64,000 bases of DNA from contig JAHHIM010000065.1 of assembly GCA_019358915.1 (NCBI GenBank), positions 305,453 to 369,452 on the forward strand, read 5' to 3'. The notes below the pieces were generated by a model that saw only the letters and a program-made list of their open reading frames with translations, was not told the origin of the DNA and searched no databases. Below are positions 52,137-61,829 of this stretch, in pieces. Position numbers and translations under genes: made by a program. Source of the stretch: Trichormus sp. ATA11-4-KO1. GTDB lineage: Bacteria > Cyanobacteriota > Cyanobacteriia > Cyanobacteriales > Nostocaceae. The stretch's first letter is position 1; each line of letters opens with the position of its first letter.

Positions 52137-52922
52137 TTAATTACTACCCAGTTCATCCTCTGTAGAATCAGTCAAAGATAATTTGGCTTCTCGGAGATTT
52201 GCCCCTTTGAGTATGGCATCTGTGAGAGTTGCCTCTTGTAGATTGGCGAGATATAAGTTTGCCCGATGCAGGTTAGCCCCAGCCAGATTAGCCCCAGAGA
52301 GGTTTGCTGCACTCAGAATCGCCCCACAGAGGTTAGCCCCAGCCAGATTAGCCCCAGAGAGGTTAGCTGCACTCAGAATTGCCCCAGAGAAGTTAGCTCC
52401 AGCCAGATTAGCCTCAGAGAGATTAACTTGATAGAGATTGCTCAGTTCTAGGTTTGCTTGATTGAGGTTAACTCCCCTCATATTTGTGTAGCTTAAATCA
52501 AGCTGTTCATTTTCCTGGTCTTTCTCAACATTTCTTCTGCCAATCACGGTCAGGGCTAATTGAATATCTGTAGGAATTGTAGGTGATGGCTTACAGTTGA
52601 ACTCTTCTTGATTTACGTGAAAAGCGTAATTTCTCACAAATTTAGTGAGAATATCCAAAATTTCCCAATGAAATTTTGGATAATTTACAGCAATTTGCTC
52701 TAATTCATAAATTACTGCTAGCCTGTTATCTATATTTTCATGGTTCAGATGTTCTGTAACTGTAATTAAACGGTTGGGGAACGCCTGATATAGTGTATTG
52801 CCTATTGTTTTTTGGTTGAAATCTATCCTAAGAATGATGTTTTTTAATGAATTTTGATTGATGGCTAACTGTTTTCTTACAGATTGGTAAGTATTAATAA
52901 TCTCCGTTAGCATACATAACAC
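52137..52922 (-). CDS. Pentapeptide repeat protein, shorter paralogue of the adjacent gene
   Basis: DIQLALTVIGRR and ANLSG/ANLAG repeats; start uncertain. Confidence 0.8.
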   Translation of the reverse strand: MLCMLTEIINTYQSVRKQLAINQNSLKNIILRIDFNQKTIGNTLYQAFPNRLITVTEHLNHENIDNRLAVIYELEQIAVNYPKFHWEILDILTKFVRNYAFHVNQEEFNCKPSPTIPTDIQLALTVIGRRNVEKDQENEQLDLSYTNMRGVNLNQANLELSNLYQVNLSEANLAGANFSGAILSAANLSGANLAGANLCGAILSAANLSGANLAGANLHRANLYLANLQEATLTDAILKGANLREAKLSLTDSTEDELGSN

Positions 52923-53192
52923 TAGTTTTTTTTCATTATTTATTTATAGATGTTATTGTCCCTGTAATTGAAAATTTAAGCATTAGTAAATTTAATGATT
53001 TTCAAAATAGAAAATATGACTATGAATGTTGTATATGTAACTAATTTAAAGATGCAGGTACATTGTAATTATGAATTATTAGTATAATTTTATTCTTATA
53101 ATAATTTTTAATGATTAATATTACTGTCTTTTATTTTACAACTTCAAAAATAACAAGTTCAATAAATTATAAACATTATTCTTAGTGTAAAA

Positions 53193-54434
53193 ATGACAAA
53201 AAAGCTACATTCGATACCTAAAAATTTAGTATTAATTGGGGGCGGTCACAGCCATGCCATTGTGTTGAAAATGTGGGGAAGAAAACCTTTACCTGGGGTA
53301 CGTTTAACATTGATTACCCCAACTTCAGACACACCTTATTCTGGAATGCTACCAGGACACATTGCTGGATTTTACAACCATGATGAGTGCCATATTGATT
53401 TACGAAAATTAGCTAACTTTGCTCAAGCACAGTTATATATTGATGAAGCAGTTGGACTGGACTTGAAAAACCACAAAGTAATTTGCGCTAATCGTCCCGC
53501 CGTAAATTTTGATGTCTTGTCTGTGGATATTGGCAGTACTCCAGCCATGATATCTGTATCAGGAGCCACTGAATATGCCATTGCCGCGAAACCAGTAGCA
53601 AAACTATTAGCACATTGGTATCAGCTACTGGAAAGTGTAGCCAAAAATCCCCAAAAACCTCTGAGTGTTGCCATTGTGGGTGGTGGCGCTGGTGGTGTAG
53701 AGTTGGCGCTGTCGATGCAAACTCATTTGCATCAAATTTTGCTACACAATCAACAACCAATTAATCATCTGGTAATTCATTTATTTCAACGCCACAAGGA
53801 ACTTTTGCCAAATTATCATCAATCAGTGCGACGACAATTTGAGAAAATTTTAATTAAGCGTGGTATCAATCTGCACTTAGGGGAAACTGTATGCCAAATT
53901 GCACCGCAAAACACCATCAGAAATTCTTTATTAGCAAATAGAGAGACTGAAGAAGTCTTTGAACTTAAATGTGAATCTGGTTTAATGATAGAATGTCATA
54001 AAATTTTTTGGGTAACACAAGCATCAGCACCCCAATGGTTAAAAACAACTGGACTGGGTACTGATGAGCAAGGCTTTATTTTGGTTAAGGATACATTACA
54101 ATCTCAAACGCATCCAGAAGTTTTTGCTGCGGGTGACATTGCCACAATGGTAAATCATCCTCGTCCCAAAGCAGGGGTGTTTGCTGTTCGCCAAGGTAAA
54201 CCACTGTTTGAGAACTTGCAACGAATTGTCTTAGGTAAGCCGCTTAAACCTTATAGACCACAACAACAATATTTAAGTTTAATTGGTACTGGCGATCAAC
54301 GCGCGATCGCCACCAAAGGCGCTGTGACTTTACCGCCTCATCAACTCTTGTGGTGTGGGAAAGATTGGATTGACCGCCGTTTTATGCAAGGCTTTGATCA
54401 GGGACTGGAGATGAAAAATAATGCTGAGTGCTGA
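53193..54434 (+). CDS. FAD-dependent pyridine nucleotide-disulfide oxidoreductase similar to the domain found N-terminal to SelD
   Basis: LIGGGHSH, YSGMLPG, GGGAGGVE, FAAGD, PKAGVFAVRQG, KDWIDRRFM. Confidence 0.88.
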   Translation: MTKKLHSIPKNLVLIGGGHSHAIVLKMWGRKPLPGVRLTLITPTSDTPYSGMLPGHIAGFYNHDECHIDLRKLANFAQAQLYIDEAVGLDLKNHKVICANRPAVNFDVLSVDIGSTPAMISVSGATEYAIAAKPVAKLLAHWYQLLESVAKNPQKPLSVAIVGGGAGGVELALSMQTHLHQILLHNQQPINHLVIHLFQRHKELLPNYHQSVRRQFEKILIKRGINLHLGETVCQIAPQNTIRNSLLANRETEEVFELKCESGLMIECHKIFWVTQASAPQWLKTTGLGTDEQGFILVKDTLQSQTHPEVFAAGDIATMVNHPRPKAGVFAVRQGKPLFENLQRIVLGKPLKPYRPQQQYLSLIGTGDQRAIATKGAVTLPPHQLLWCGKDWIDRRFMQGFDQGLEMKNNAEC

Positions 54435-54539
54435 GTGCTGAGTAAGGTAAAGAACGTATCTAGACCTTTGGCTCTTGTTGATGACATAATTCTGTGACAA
54501 TGGTTAACAGTAAGCCAGAATACTGAATTTAAGCTACTC

Positions 54540-55496
54540 ATGAGCCAGAGTTCTCAAAACAGTCCTTTGCAACACAAACCCGTTCCCTCAAATTTCCGTT
54601 GGTTGTACGCTTTCTGGAAGTTCTCCCGTCCTCACACGATTATTGGCACAAGTTTAAGTGTATTAGGTTTATATTTAATCGCCATTGCTGTTACATCGAC
54701 AGATTTTGCTGTTATTCAACTGATTTCGCTTTTAGGCGCGTGGATTGCCTGTCTTTGTGGCAATGTTTATATTGTGGGCTTAAATCAACTAGAAGATGTT
54801 GCTATTGACAAGGTGAATAAGCCTCATTTACCACTAGCATCAGGAGAATTTACGCGCAAGCAAGGGCAATTAATTGTCATGATTACTGGTATCTTGGCAC
54901 TGGTTGTAGCATGGCTGACTGGGCCTTTTTTATTGGGGATGGTGGCTGTGAGTTTGGCTATTGGTACTGCTTATTCTTTACCACCAATTCGCTTGAAGCA
55001 GTTTCCTTTTTGGGCGGCGCTGTGTATTTTTTCGGTGCGGGGAACGATTGTGAATTTAGGGTTATTTTTGCACTTTAATTGGGCATTAGAACAAACTCCA
55101 GCAATTCCGCCTGCGGTGTGGGTGCTGACGTTATTTATTTTAGTGTTTACTTTTGCGATCGCCATCTTTAAAGATATTCCCGATATGGAAGGCGATCGCC
55201 TATACAATATCACTACTTTCACCATCCAACTTGGCCCGCAAGCTGTGTTTAATTTGGCGCTGTGGGTGCTAACTATTTGCTATTTGGGGATAACTTTAGT
55301 TGGTGTGCTGCGTTTTGCCGCAATTAACCCAATATTTTTAGTAATTACTCATCTGGTAGTATTAGCGGGAATGTGGATGCGGAGTTTGGCGGTGGACTTG
55401 CAAGATAAAAGTGCGATCGCTCAATTCTACCAATTTATTTGGAAACTTTTTTACCTCGAATATCTTATGTTTCCTATTGCCTGTCTTTTAGCTTAA
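54540..55496 (+). CDS. hpt: Homogentisate phytyltransferase (tocopherol synthesis)
   Basis: FSRPHTIIGT, NQLEDVAIDKVNKPHLPLASG, KDIPDMEGD, FYQFIWKLFYLEY. Confidence 0.93.
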   Translation: MSQSSQNSPLQHKPVPSNFRWLYAFWKFSRPHTIIGTSLSVLGLYLIAIAVTSTDFAVIQLISLLGAWIACLCGNVYIVGLNQLEDVAIDKVNKPHLPLASGEFTRKQGQLIVMITGILALVVAWLTGPFLLGMVAVSLAIGTAYSLPPIRLKQFPFWAALCIFSVRGTIVNLGLFLHFNWALEQTPAIPPAVWVLTLFILVFTFAIAIFKDIPDMEGDRLYNITTFTIQLGPQAVFNLALWVLTICYLGITLVGVLRFAAINPIFLVITHLVVLAGMWMRSLAVDLQDKSAIAQFYQFIWKLFYLEYLMFPIACLLA

Positions 55497-55713
55497 CAAA
55501 GTCAGAGGGAAGAAGAAAGAAGAAAGAAGTCTTCTTTCTTCTTGCCAAACGGGTTTAAATCCCCACTTCGACAGGAGTTCGGCGAAGGCTACTTCGACAA
55601 GGCTCAGTACAAGTCACTCGAGCCGCTCAGTGACCACCACCAATTTTCCTTCTTCACTTCGGCCATACTCAGTACAAGCCTTCTGACTCCAAACTTCTTC
55701 CTTCTTTAAAACC

Positions 55714-56163
55714 ATGTTAGATATTTTTGCCATCATCTCAGTTATTCTCAGCATTGTCATACTCGGTTATTTCGCCTGGAAAACCTTGATTACCTCAAAC
55801 TTCTTCCAACGAGGAATCAATCTTTATCAACAAAAAGATTATCCAGGTGCAGAGGCTGCTTTTCGCAAAGTTATTTCTATTAACTCTACAAATGACGTAG
55901 TACGTCTATTATTAGGAGATGTTTTAATTCAGCAAGACCATGTAGAAGAAGCAAAAGAATTATTCCAAGCAGTAATTCGCCGCAGTCCCAAAAATCCTGA
56001 TGCTTACTTGCGTCTGGCAAATGTTTTCATGCAAGAAAATCAACAAGAAGAAGCCAAAAGTAACCTACAACTAGCGAAAGAATTATTACAAAAACAACGC
56101 CAACCAGAAAGAGCGGCAAAAATTACTCAACTCTTAGATAAAATTAACGTTAAATCTGCTTAA
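55714..56163 (+). CDS. TPR repeat protein with N-terminal TM anchor
   Basis: Hydrophobic N-terminus followed by about three TPR-like helical pairs. Confidence 0.85.
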   Translation: MLDIFAIISVILSIVILGYFAWKTLITSNFFQRGINLYQQKDYPGAEAAFRKVISINSTNDVVRLLLGDVLIQQDHVEEAKELFQAVIRRSPKNPDAYLRLANVFMQENQQEEAKSNLQLAKELLQKQRQPERAAKITQLLDKINVKSA

Positions 56164-56211
56164 TTGAAAATTATAGTTGGGTGATAAATAATTAATTGAC
56201 AACCATTAACC

Positions 56212-57750
56212 ATGACTGAAGTAAAGGGCAAAGTTTACCTCGTAGGTGCTGGCCCTGGAGATGTGGCATACCTGACGGTAAAAGCTTACAATCTCTTGGG
56301 GCAAGCTCAGGTATTAATCTACGATGCCCTAATAGACGAGCAATTATTACAGTGTGTATCATCCAATTGCCTGAAGTTAGATGTAGGTAAACGCGGTGGT
56401 AAACCCAGTACACCACAAGCTGAAATTAACAAATTACTGGTGCAGTACTGCCAGCAAGGACAACAAGTCGTCAGGCTAAAATCCGGCGATCCGTTTGTTT
56501 TTGGGCGCTGTACTGCCGAAATCGCAGCCTTGAAAGCATCTGGTTGTAATTTTGAAGTGGTACCAGGCATCTCCTCGGCTTTAGCTGCACCTTTATTGGC
56601 GGGAATTCCCCTCACAGATCCCGTCCTCAGTCGCTGTTTTGCCGTGTTTACAGCCCATGAACCAGATGTTTTAGACTGGGAAGCGTTGTCGCGGTTAGAG
56701 ACATTAGTCATATTGATGGGTGGGCGACATTTACCAGAGATTGTACATCAACTGTTGCAGCGCGGGCGATCGCACTCCACACCCATTGCCATCATCCGTT
56801 GGGCTGGTACTCCCACTCAACAAATTTGGACAGCCCAACTAGATACTATTTTGGAACAAACTGCTGGTTTATCTCTCTCGCCAGTGGTAATTGTGGTTGG
56901 TGAGGTTGTTAGGTTACGCAATTACTTACAAACTGAGAAAATATCTGCACATGTCAAAACTTCAACCATGTCAACTAACCTACCTTTAGCCGGAAAAACC
57001 ATCCTGGTAACCCGTGCATCTGGACAATCGAGTGAATTTAGCGATCGCCTCACCGCATTTGGTGCCACAGTAATTGAAATGCCTACTATAGAAATTGTCC
57101 CGCCTGCTAGTTGGACAAATTTAGATCAAGCGATCGCTAATTTATCTGACTTCCACTGGTTAATTCTCACCTCCACCAATGCTGTAGACTATTTTTTTTA
57201 CAGGTTAATCGCCCAAGGTAAAGATACCCGCGCCTTGGCTGGTGTCAAAATTGCCGTTGTTGGCCAAAAGACAGCCCAAAGTCTCAAACAACAAGCCCTC
57301 CAACCAGATTTTATTCCTCCCAACTTTGTCGCCGATTCTTTAATTACCCACTTCCCAGAAGAATTACAGGGTAAAAAGATTTTATTTCCCAGAGTCGAAA
57401 GCGGTGGACGAGAAGTTTTAGTTAAAGAATTAACCGCCAAAGGTGCAGATGTTATCGAAGTTGCTGCATATCAATCTCGTTGTCCCAATAGTATCCCCGC
57501 ATCCGCAAAATCAGCGCTGCAAAATCGCACCATAGATGTCATCACCTTTGCCAGTTCTAAAACTGTGCAATTTTTTTATCAACTGACAAACGAGATATTC
57601 TCTCACAACTCAGGAATTTGTATCGCCTCCATCGGCCCCCAAACCTCAAAAACCTGCCATGATTTATTTGGGCGCGTAGATATAGAAGCAGAAGAATATA
57701 CTTTAGACGGCTTAACCCAAGCACTGATAAAATGGGCGACAAACTCTTAA
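56212..57750 (+). CDS. cobA-hemD: Uroporphyrinogen-III C-methyltransferase / uroporphyrinogen-III synthase fusion
   Basis: LVGAGPGD, RLKSGDPFVFGR, VVPGISS; then ILVTR, LTSTNAV, FASSKTV, SIGPQT. Confidence 0.94.
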   Translation: MTEVKGKVYLVGAGPGDVAYLTVKAYNLLGQAQVLIYDALIDEQLLQCVSSNCLKLDVGKRGGKPSTPQAEINKLLVQYCQQGQQVVRLKSGDPFVFGRCTAEIAALKASGCNFEVVPGISSALAAPLLAGIPLTDPVLSRCFAVFTAHEPDVLDWEALSRLETLVILMGGRHLPEIVHQLLQRGRSHSTPIAIIRWAGTPTQQIWTAQLDTILEQTAGLSLSPVVIVVGEVVRLRNYLQTEKISAHVKTSTMSTNLPLAGKTILVTRASGQSSEFSDRLTAFGATVIEMPTIEIVPPASWTNLDQAIANLSDFHWLILTSTNAVDYFFYRLIAQGKDTRALAGVKIAVVGQKTAQSLKQQALQPDFIPPNFVADSLITHFPEELQGKKILFPRVESGGREVLVKELTAKGADVIEVAAYQSRCPNSIPASAKSALQNRTIDVITFASSKTVQFFYQLTNEIFSHNSGICIASIGPQTSKTCHDLFGRVDIEAEEYTLDGLTQALIKWATNS

Positions 57751-57751
57751 C

Positions 57752-57862
57752 GGCGTTGCTGAATCAGAATATGAAATGCTAAAATCACCCTGATTTTTCT
57801 TTGTACCTTTGCGCCTTTGCGCCTTTGCGCGAGATAAATTCATATTTTCAATCAGCAACGCC
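57752..57862. mobile_element. 111-bp MITE with 24-bp imperfect TIRs and 8-bp target-site duplication
   Basis: GGCGTTGCTGAATCAGAATATGAA vs GGCGTTGCTGATTGAAAATATGAA (reverse complement of right end); CTCTTAAC at 57744-57751 and 57863-57870. Confidence 0.85.
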
Positions 57863-57935
57863 CTCTTAACTATTTAAAATCTAACTCTCTGCGCCTGGAG
57901 CGCCTCTGCGTGAGAAAAAAATCTCCCTCTGACTC

Positions 57936-58532
57936 ATGACTAAACGGATCATCGGCTTAACTGGAGGTATTGCCACAGGTAAAACCACCGTCGCCAATTA
58001 TTTAGCTAACGCTTACAATCTGCCGATTTTGGATGCAGACATTTATGCTAGAGACGCAGTAGCGCTAGGTTCGCCTATTTTGAGTGCGATCGCTCAACGT
58101 TACGGTCAGCAAATTTTACTGCCAGATGGCAACCTCAACCGCCCACATCTCGGTAAAATTATCTTTGATCATCCAGATGAACGCAAATGGGTAGAAAGTT
58201 TAATACATCCTTACGTAGGCGATCGCTTTAATCAAGCAATTGCTCAATCCCACTCTTCAACATTGGTATTAGTTATTCCTCTGTTGTTTGAGGCTCAGAT
58301 GACTAATCTAGTTACCGAAATCTGGGTTGTACATTGTTCTAACTCACAGCAACTACAAAGATTGATACATCGAAATCAGTTAAATCCAGAACAGGCACAA
58401 ACTCGCATCAATAGCCAACTATCTATTACAGAAAAGGTCGCTCGTGCGGATATCGTACTAGATAACTCTTCCACTCCAGAAGCACTTCTCAAGCAAGTAG
58501 ATGTTGCCCTCACAATGAAGAGTAGCAGTTAA
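57936..58532 (+). CDS. coaE: Dephospho-CoA kinase
   Basis: IGLTGGIATGKTT, DAD, IHP, IPLLFE, RINSQ. Confidence 0.96.
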   Translation: MTKRIIGLTGGIATGKTTVANYLANAYNLPILDADIYARDAVALGSPILSAIAQRYGQQILLPDGNLNRPHLGKIIFDHPDERKWVESLIHPYVGDRFNQAIAQSHSSTLVLVIPLLFEAQMTNLVTEIWVVHCSNSQQLQRLIHRNQLNPEQAQTRINSQLSITEKVARADIVLDNSSTPEALLKQVDVALTMKSSS

Positions 58533-59299
58533 TATTTATTTGTCATTAAAAATACACACTTGTGATATCGTAAATATACAAGGTCTTTATAAATTAATCA
58601 ATAACGCCAAAGTCGCAGGTATCCCATTTCCGCAGAAATATCTGGGATTGTAAATTGCATCCCCGTTAATATTCTTCGGCAACTTCTCCAGCGAACAAGT
58701 CGGTAAAGACTTTCGGCAATTCCTCACCAAAGTACTAGCTCGGCTACACAAACTCAACCCGCGCGCGGGTTATTGTGAAATCCGCCTAGAGAACAGTTGT
58801 CAGCAGGAGCATAAGTCTGCGGAAATCTTGTCAAATCCTTTGGTAAATTTACCGTGGTTACTGCATTGGAGACTACTGTAAATTGTTTGCTTAATTATCG
58901 TTAATTTATTACAACATACTTGCCTAGATGCTCAATATTTAAGGAATGTGGGTAATAAATAATAATATCACTACCTAACTTTTATTAAGTAAGGTTAGCA
59001 TCATCAAAGACACAGGCAGTAGATGGTATCAAATAAAAATAAGAATTATGAATTTAGACTTTAAAAAAATTAATCCTGAATTCTAAATCTGCTTCTAAAA
59101 TTATTTCTAGGCATGTTTGAAAAAACTGCGCCAAATTTTTAGATTGCAGTTTTGCCAATCATAGGTTTATTCAGCATTTCAGAGAAATAATAGTAATATT
59201 TTCTACTTAAGATTTTCTGAATTGATTAATGATAGAAATTAAAGTTCATCAATCTAAATTTTTTCTTTCGCTGTAAACACAATCTTGGAAAGTTTAGTC

Positions 59300-59620
59300 A
59301 TGTCTTTCGTCAGAACGAAGTTTAACTTAAATCTTAATTTTTTAAGTTCCTTGCTGCTGTTTAAATTGCCAGTAGATAAATCAGATAAGCAGCATAAAAT
59401 ACATGACTATACACGATTAGTCCAGGGAAAAGACTATGTATTTGAACTACTTGATGAAGGAATTACAGGACAGATGACGGGAGTAGGGAAAGGTATCAAA
59501 CCTTGTGATTATATTATTTTGCAACATGGCTGCGAAATTGAGCGTTATCAAGTCGAGGAAATTGATTACTACTCTGATCCACCAGATATGTGGATAGCTT
59601 TATTACAAAAAAATTGTTGA
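59300..59620 (+). CDS. Conserved cyanobacterial hypothetical protein
   Basis: HDYT...DYVFE...GQMTG...YQVEEIDYYSDPPDMWIALL; ATG 59300 preferred. Confidence 0.7.
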   Translation: MSFVRTKFNLNLNFLSSLLLFKLPVDKSDKQHKIHDYTRLVQGKDYVFELLDEGITGQMTGVGKGIKPCDYIILQHGCEIERYQVEEIDYYSDPPDMWIALLQKNC

Positions 59621-59715
59621 TTAACGCAAACTAACAAACCATTTCCCTTCAATATGGTTAATCTAAATAGCCGTCATAAACTAACTACATTAAGTAGCGT
59701 GAAAAACTGAAATAA

Positions 59716-59767
59716 GCTCGTAGTGAGGACTTTAGTCCTGATTTGAAAACTAGAGTCCTCACTACGA
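59716..59767. repeat. REP-like palindromic repeat
   Basis: TCGTAGTGAGGACT...AGTCCTCACTACGA 14-bp perfect inverted repeat; related copy at 61732-61782. Confidence 0.8.
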
Positions 59768-60141
59768 ACTGAATTACAATTATTTTACATTGGTTAACAT
59801 ACTTTGATTTATTGCCGCCAACTTACTTATTTTAGTATTTTGTCTGAGTCCTCAGATTAATCTTGACATAACCGCCTGCATTGGCGTAAGCAAATTTCAG
59901 CAGTCGTAGTTTGAGCGATTTCAATACGTTGTTGCAAAAAAATGGCTGGGAACTGCCGAAAACATTGGCCGTCTAGAGTGAAAGTAAAAGTAAAGTGTTT
60001 AGGAGCGACAAGTTATGAGTATTTAATTCAAGGAAAGATTTGCCAAAAAGCCTTTCTTGCTCCCGTATGCTTACCCTTTTCATTCTGGGGTTACGTGGTT
60101 AACAATGGGTTGGATGTGTTGCAAATCATTCATTCAACTTT

Positions 60142-60396
60142 ATGCCGAGAACTCCAAATGAATACGTCGTATACCTTCTACTGGAAAGTGGTCACCGTGA
60201 AGAAGTGCGTTTTCCCACTATTCAGGAATTTCAAAAGTGGTATAGTGGCGAACTTGTGCCCAAGTCTGCTTCTAATGACTTTATTAGCGTACCGATCAAG
60301 AATATTCAAGGGGAGTATATGGTTGTACGCCCATCCCGGATTGTGGCAATCCGGGTAGAACCAGTTTTTAGCTCTAGTGTTGAAAGATTCAACTAA
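60142..60396 (+). CDS. Small conserved hypothetical protein (84 aa)
   Basis: Protein-like composition; stop codon abuts the mltA start. Confidence 0.75.
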   Translation: MPRTPNEYVVYLLLESGHREEVRFPTIQEFQKWYSGELVPKSASNDFISVPIKNIQGEYMVVRPSRIVAIRVEPVFSSSVERFN

Positions 60397-61623
60397 ATGA
60401 TGAGAAAAACCCTTGCTTTAATTTCCCTGAGTCTGGGAATTACCCTTGTAAACACCATCTGGTCAGCTGTTGCTCAAATTCCTAATTTACCGTCGCCAGT
60501 CCCGACTAATCCTGAACTACAGCCGCCACTCAAACCTTTTCCCCTCGGAACTAATTGTACTCCCAGACATGGTTGCTTGGGTTGGGATGAGCAACTTTGG
60601 GTACAAATGGGTAAACCAGGCGATCGCCAGGCTTTATTAACTGCAATTGACCACAGTTTAAGTTACCTGCAAAGAAATAGCGCGATCGCTGCGTATCAAA
60701 ACTACCCCGTTAAAGGGATTACGCATGATCGCGTGCGACGGAGTTTAATCCGTTTCCGCCAACTGGTTGTTAACTCCAAATCTCCCGCAGAACTACAAGC
60801 TGCTGTCCGGCGAGAATTTGACTTTTATAAGTCTGTAGGAAATGATGGCAAGGGTACTGTTAAGTTTACTGCCTATTACGAGCCTATTTATACTGCTAGT
60901 CGTGTCAGGACTCCCGAATACAAGTATCCCCTTTATCGATTACCGCCAGATTTCGCTCAATGGGCTAAACCCCATCCCAAACGAATTGATTTGGAAGGGC
61001 AAGATGGTTTACTAGGAGATAGAAGCCAACTGCGCGGTTTAGAAATGCTGTGGTTTCGCGATCGCCTAGATGCATACATGGTACAAATTCAAGGTTCCGC
61101 CCAAATTAAGTTAACTAATGGCCAAACCACATCTGTTGGCTTTGCAGGTGGAACCGATTACCCTTGGACTAGTATCGGAGGACAACTGGCCAAAGACGGC
61201 AAGTTGTCCTCAAATCAATTGAATATGCCAGGTATAATTAATTTTTTCCAGCGTCAGCCCCAGGAGTTGAGTAATTATCTGCCGCGCTGGGAAAGGTTTG
61301 TCTTCTTCCAAGAAACTGCTGGCAGACCAGCTACTGGTAGTATTAATGTACCAGTTACAGCAGAGCGTTCCATCGCTACAGATAAATCTCTCATGCCTCC
61401 AGGCGCACTAGCACTGGTTCATACGTCATTTCCCTATCCTACCAGTGGTGGCAATCTGGAATATCGTACTGTGAGCCGCTTTGTCCTCGATCAGGACACA
61501 GGTAGCGCCATTAAAGGCCCAGGTAGAGTCGATTATTTCATGGGATCTGGTAAATTAGCAGGCGATCGCGCCGGTGTTACAGGTGGTAACGGCACACTAT
61601 ACTATTTGTTGCTCAAGAAATAG
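60397..61623 (+). CDS. mltA: Membrane-bound lytic murein transglycosylase A
   Basis: FTAYYEP, QIQGS, SIATD, DQDTGSAIKGPGRVDYFMGSG (3D domain). Confidence 0.93.
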   Translation: MMRKTLALISLSLGITLVNTIWSAVAQIPNLPSPVPTNPELQPPLKPFPLGTNCTPRHGCLGWDEQLWVQMGKPGDRQALLTAIDHSLSYLQRNSAIAAYQNYPVKGITHDRVRRSLIRFRQLVVNSKSPAELQAAVRREFDFYKSVGNDGKGTVKFTAYYEPIYTASRVRTPEYKYPLYRLPPDFAQWAKPHPKRIDLEGQDGLLGDRSQLRGLEMLWFRDRLDAYMVQIQGSAQIKLTNGQTTSVGFAGGTDYPWTSIGGQLAKDGKLSSNQLNMPGIINFFQRQPQELSNYLPRWERFVFFQETAGRPATGSINVPVTAERSIATDKSLMPPGALALVHTSFPYPTSGGNLEYRTVSRFVLDQDTGSAIKGPGRVDYFMGSGKLAGDRAGVTGGNGTLYYLLLKK

Positions 61624-61731
61624 GAATGGGAAAAAGGGTCAGAAGGGCAGAGGAAAAAAACTTATACTATTCTCTCCCTTACTCCCCACTCTTATCATGT
61701 CCGGTTAATCAAAACTAAATAAAAAATGTTT

Positions 61732-61782
61732 GCTCGTAGTCAGGACTTTAGTCCTGTTTTTTGGGACTTCAGTCCCTACTAC
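61732..61782. repeat. REP-like palindromic repeat inside a degenerate MITE-like shell
   Basis: First 25 nt match 59716-59740 at 24 positions; flanked by TATCATGTCCG...CGGACATCATA imperfect inverted repeats. Confidence 0.7.
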
Positions 61783-61829
61783 AACAGGGCTTCTTATTAA
61801 GGGTAATTTGGCGGACATCATATCACTCC

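Noticed and set aside
52261..52420. Regular 60-nt periodicity as a possible CRISPR array
   Set aside because: No unique spacers; explained by pentapeptide coding; no cas genes in the window.
50639..52451. Antisense ORFs with RLAP repeats
   Set aside because: Shadows of the pentapeptide genes on the opposite strand.
59942..60358. 138-aa plus-strand ORF
   Set aside because: Overlaps the better-supported 84-aa ORF in another frame and has no recognisable features.
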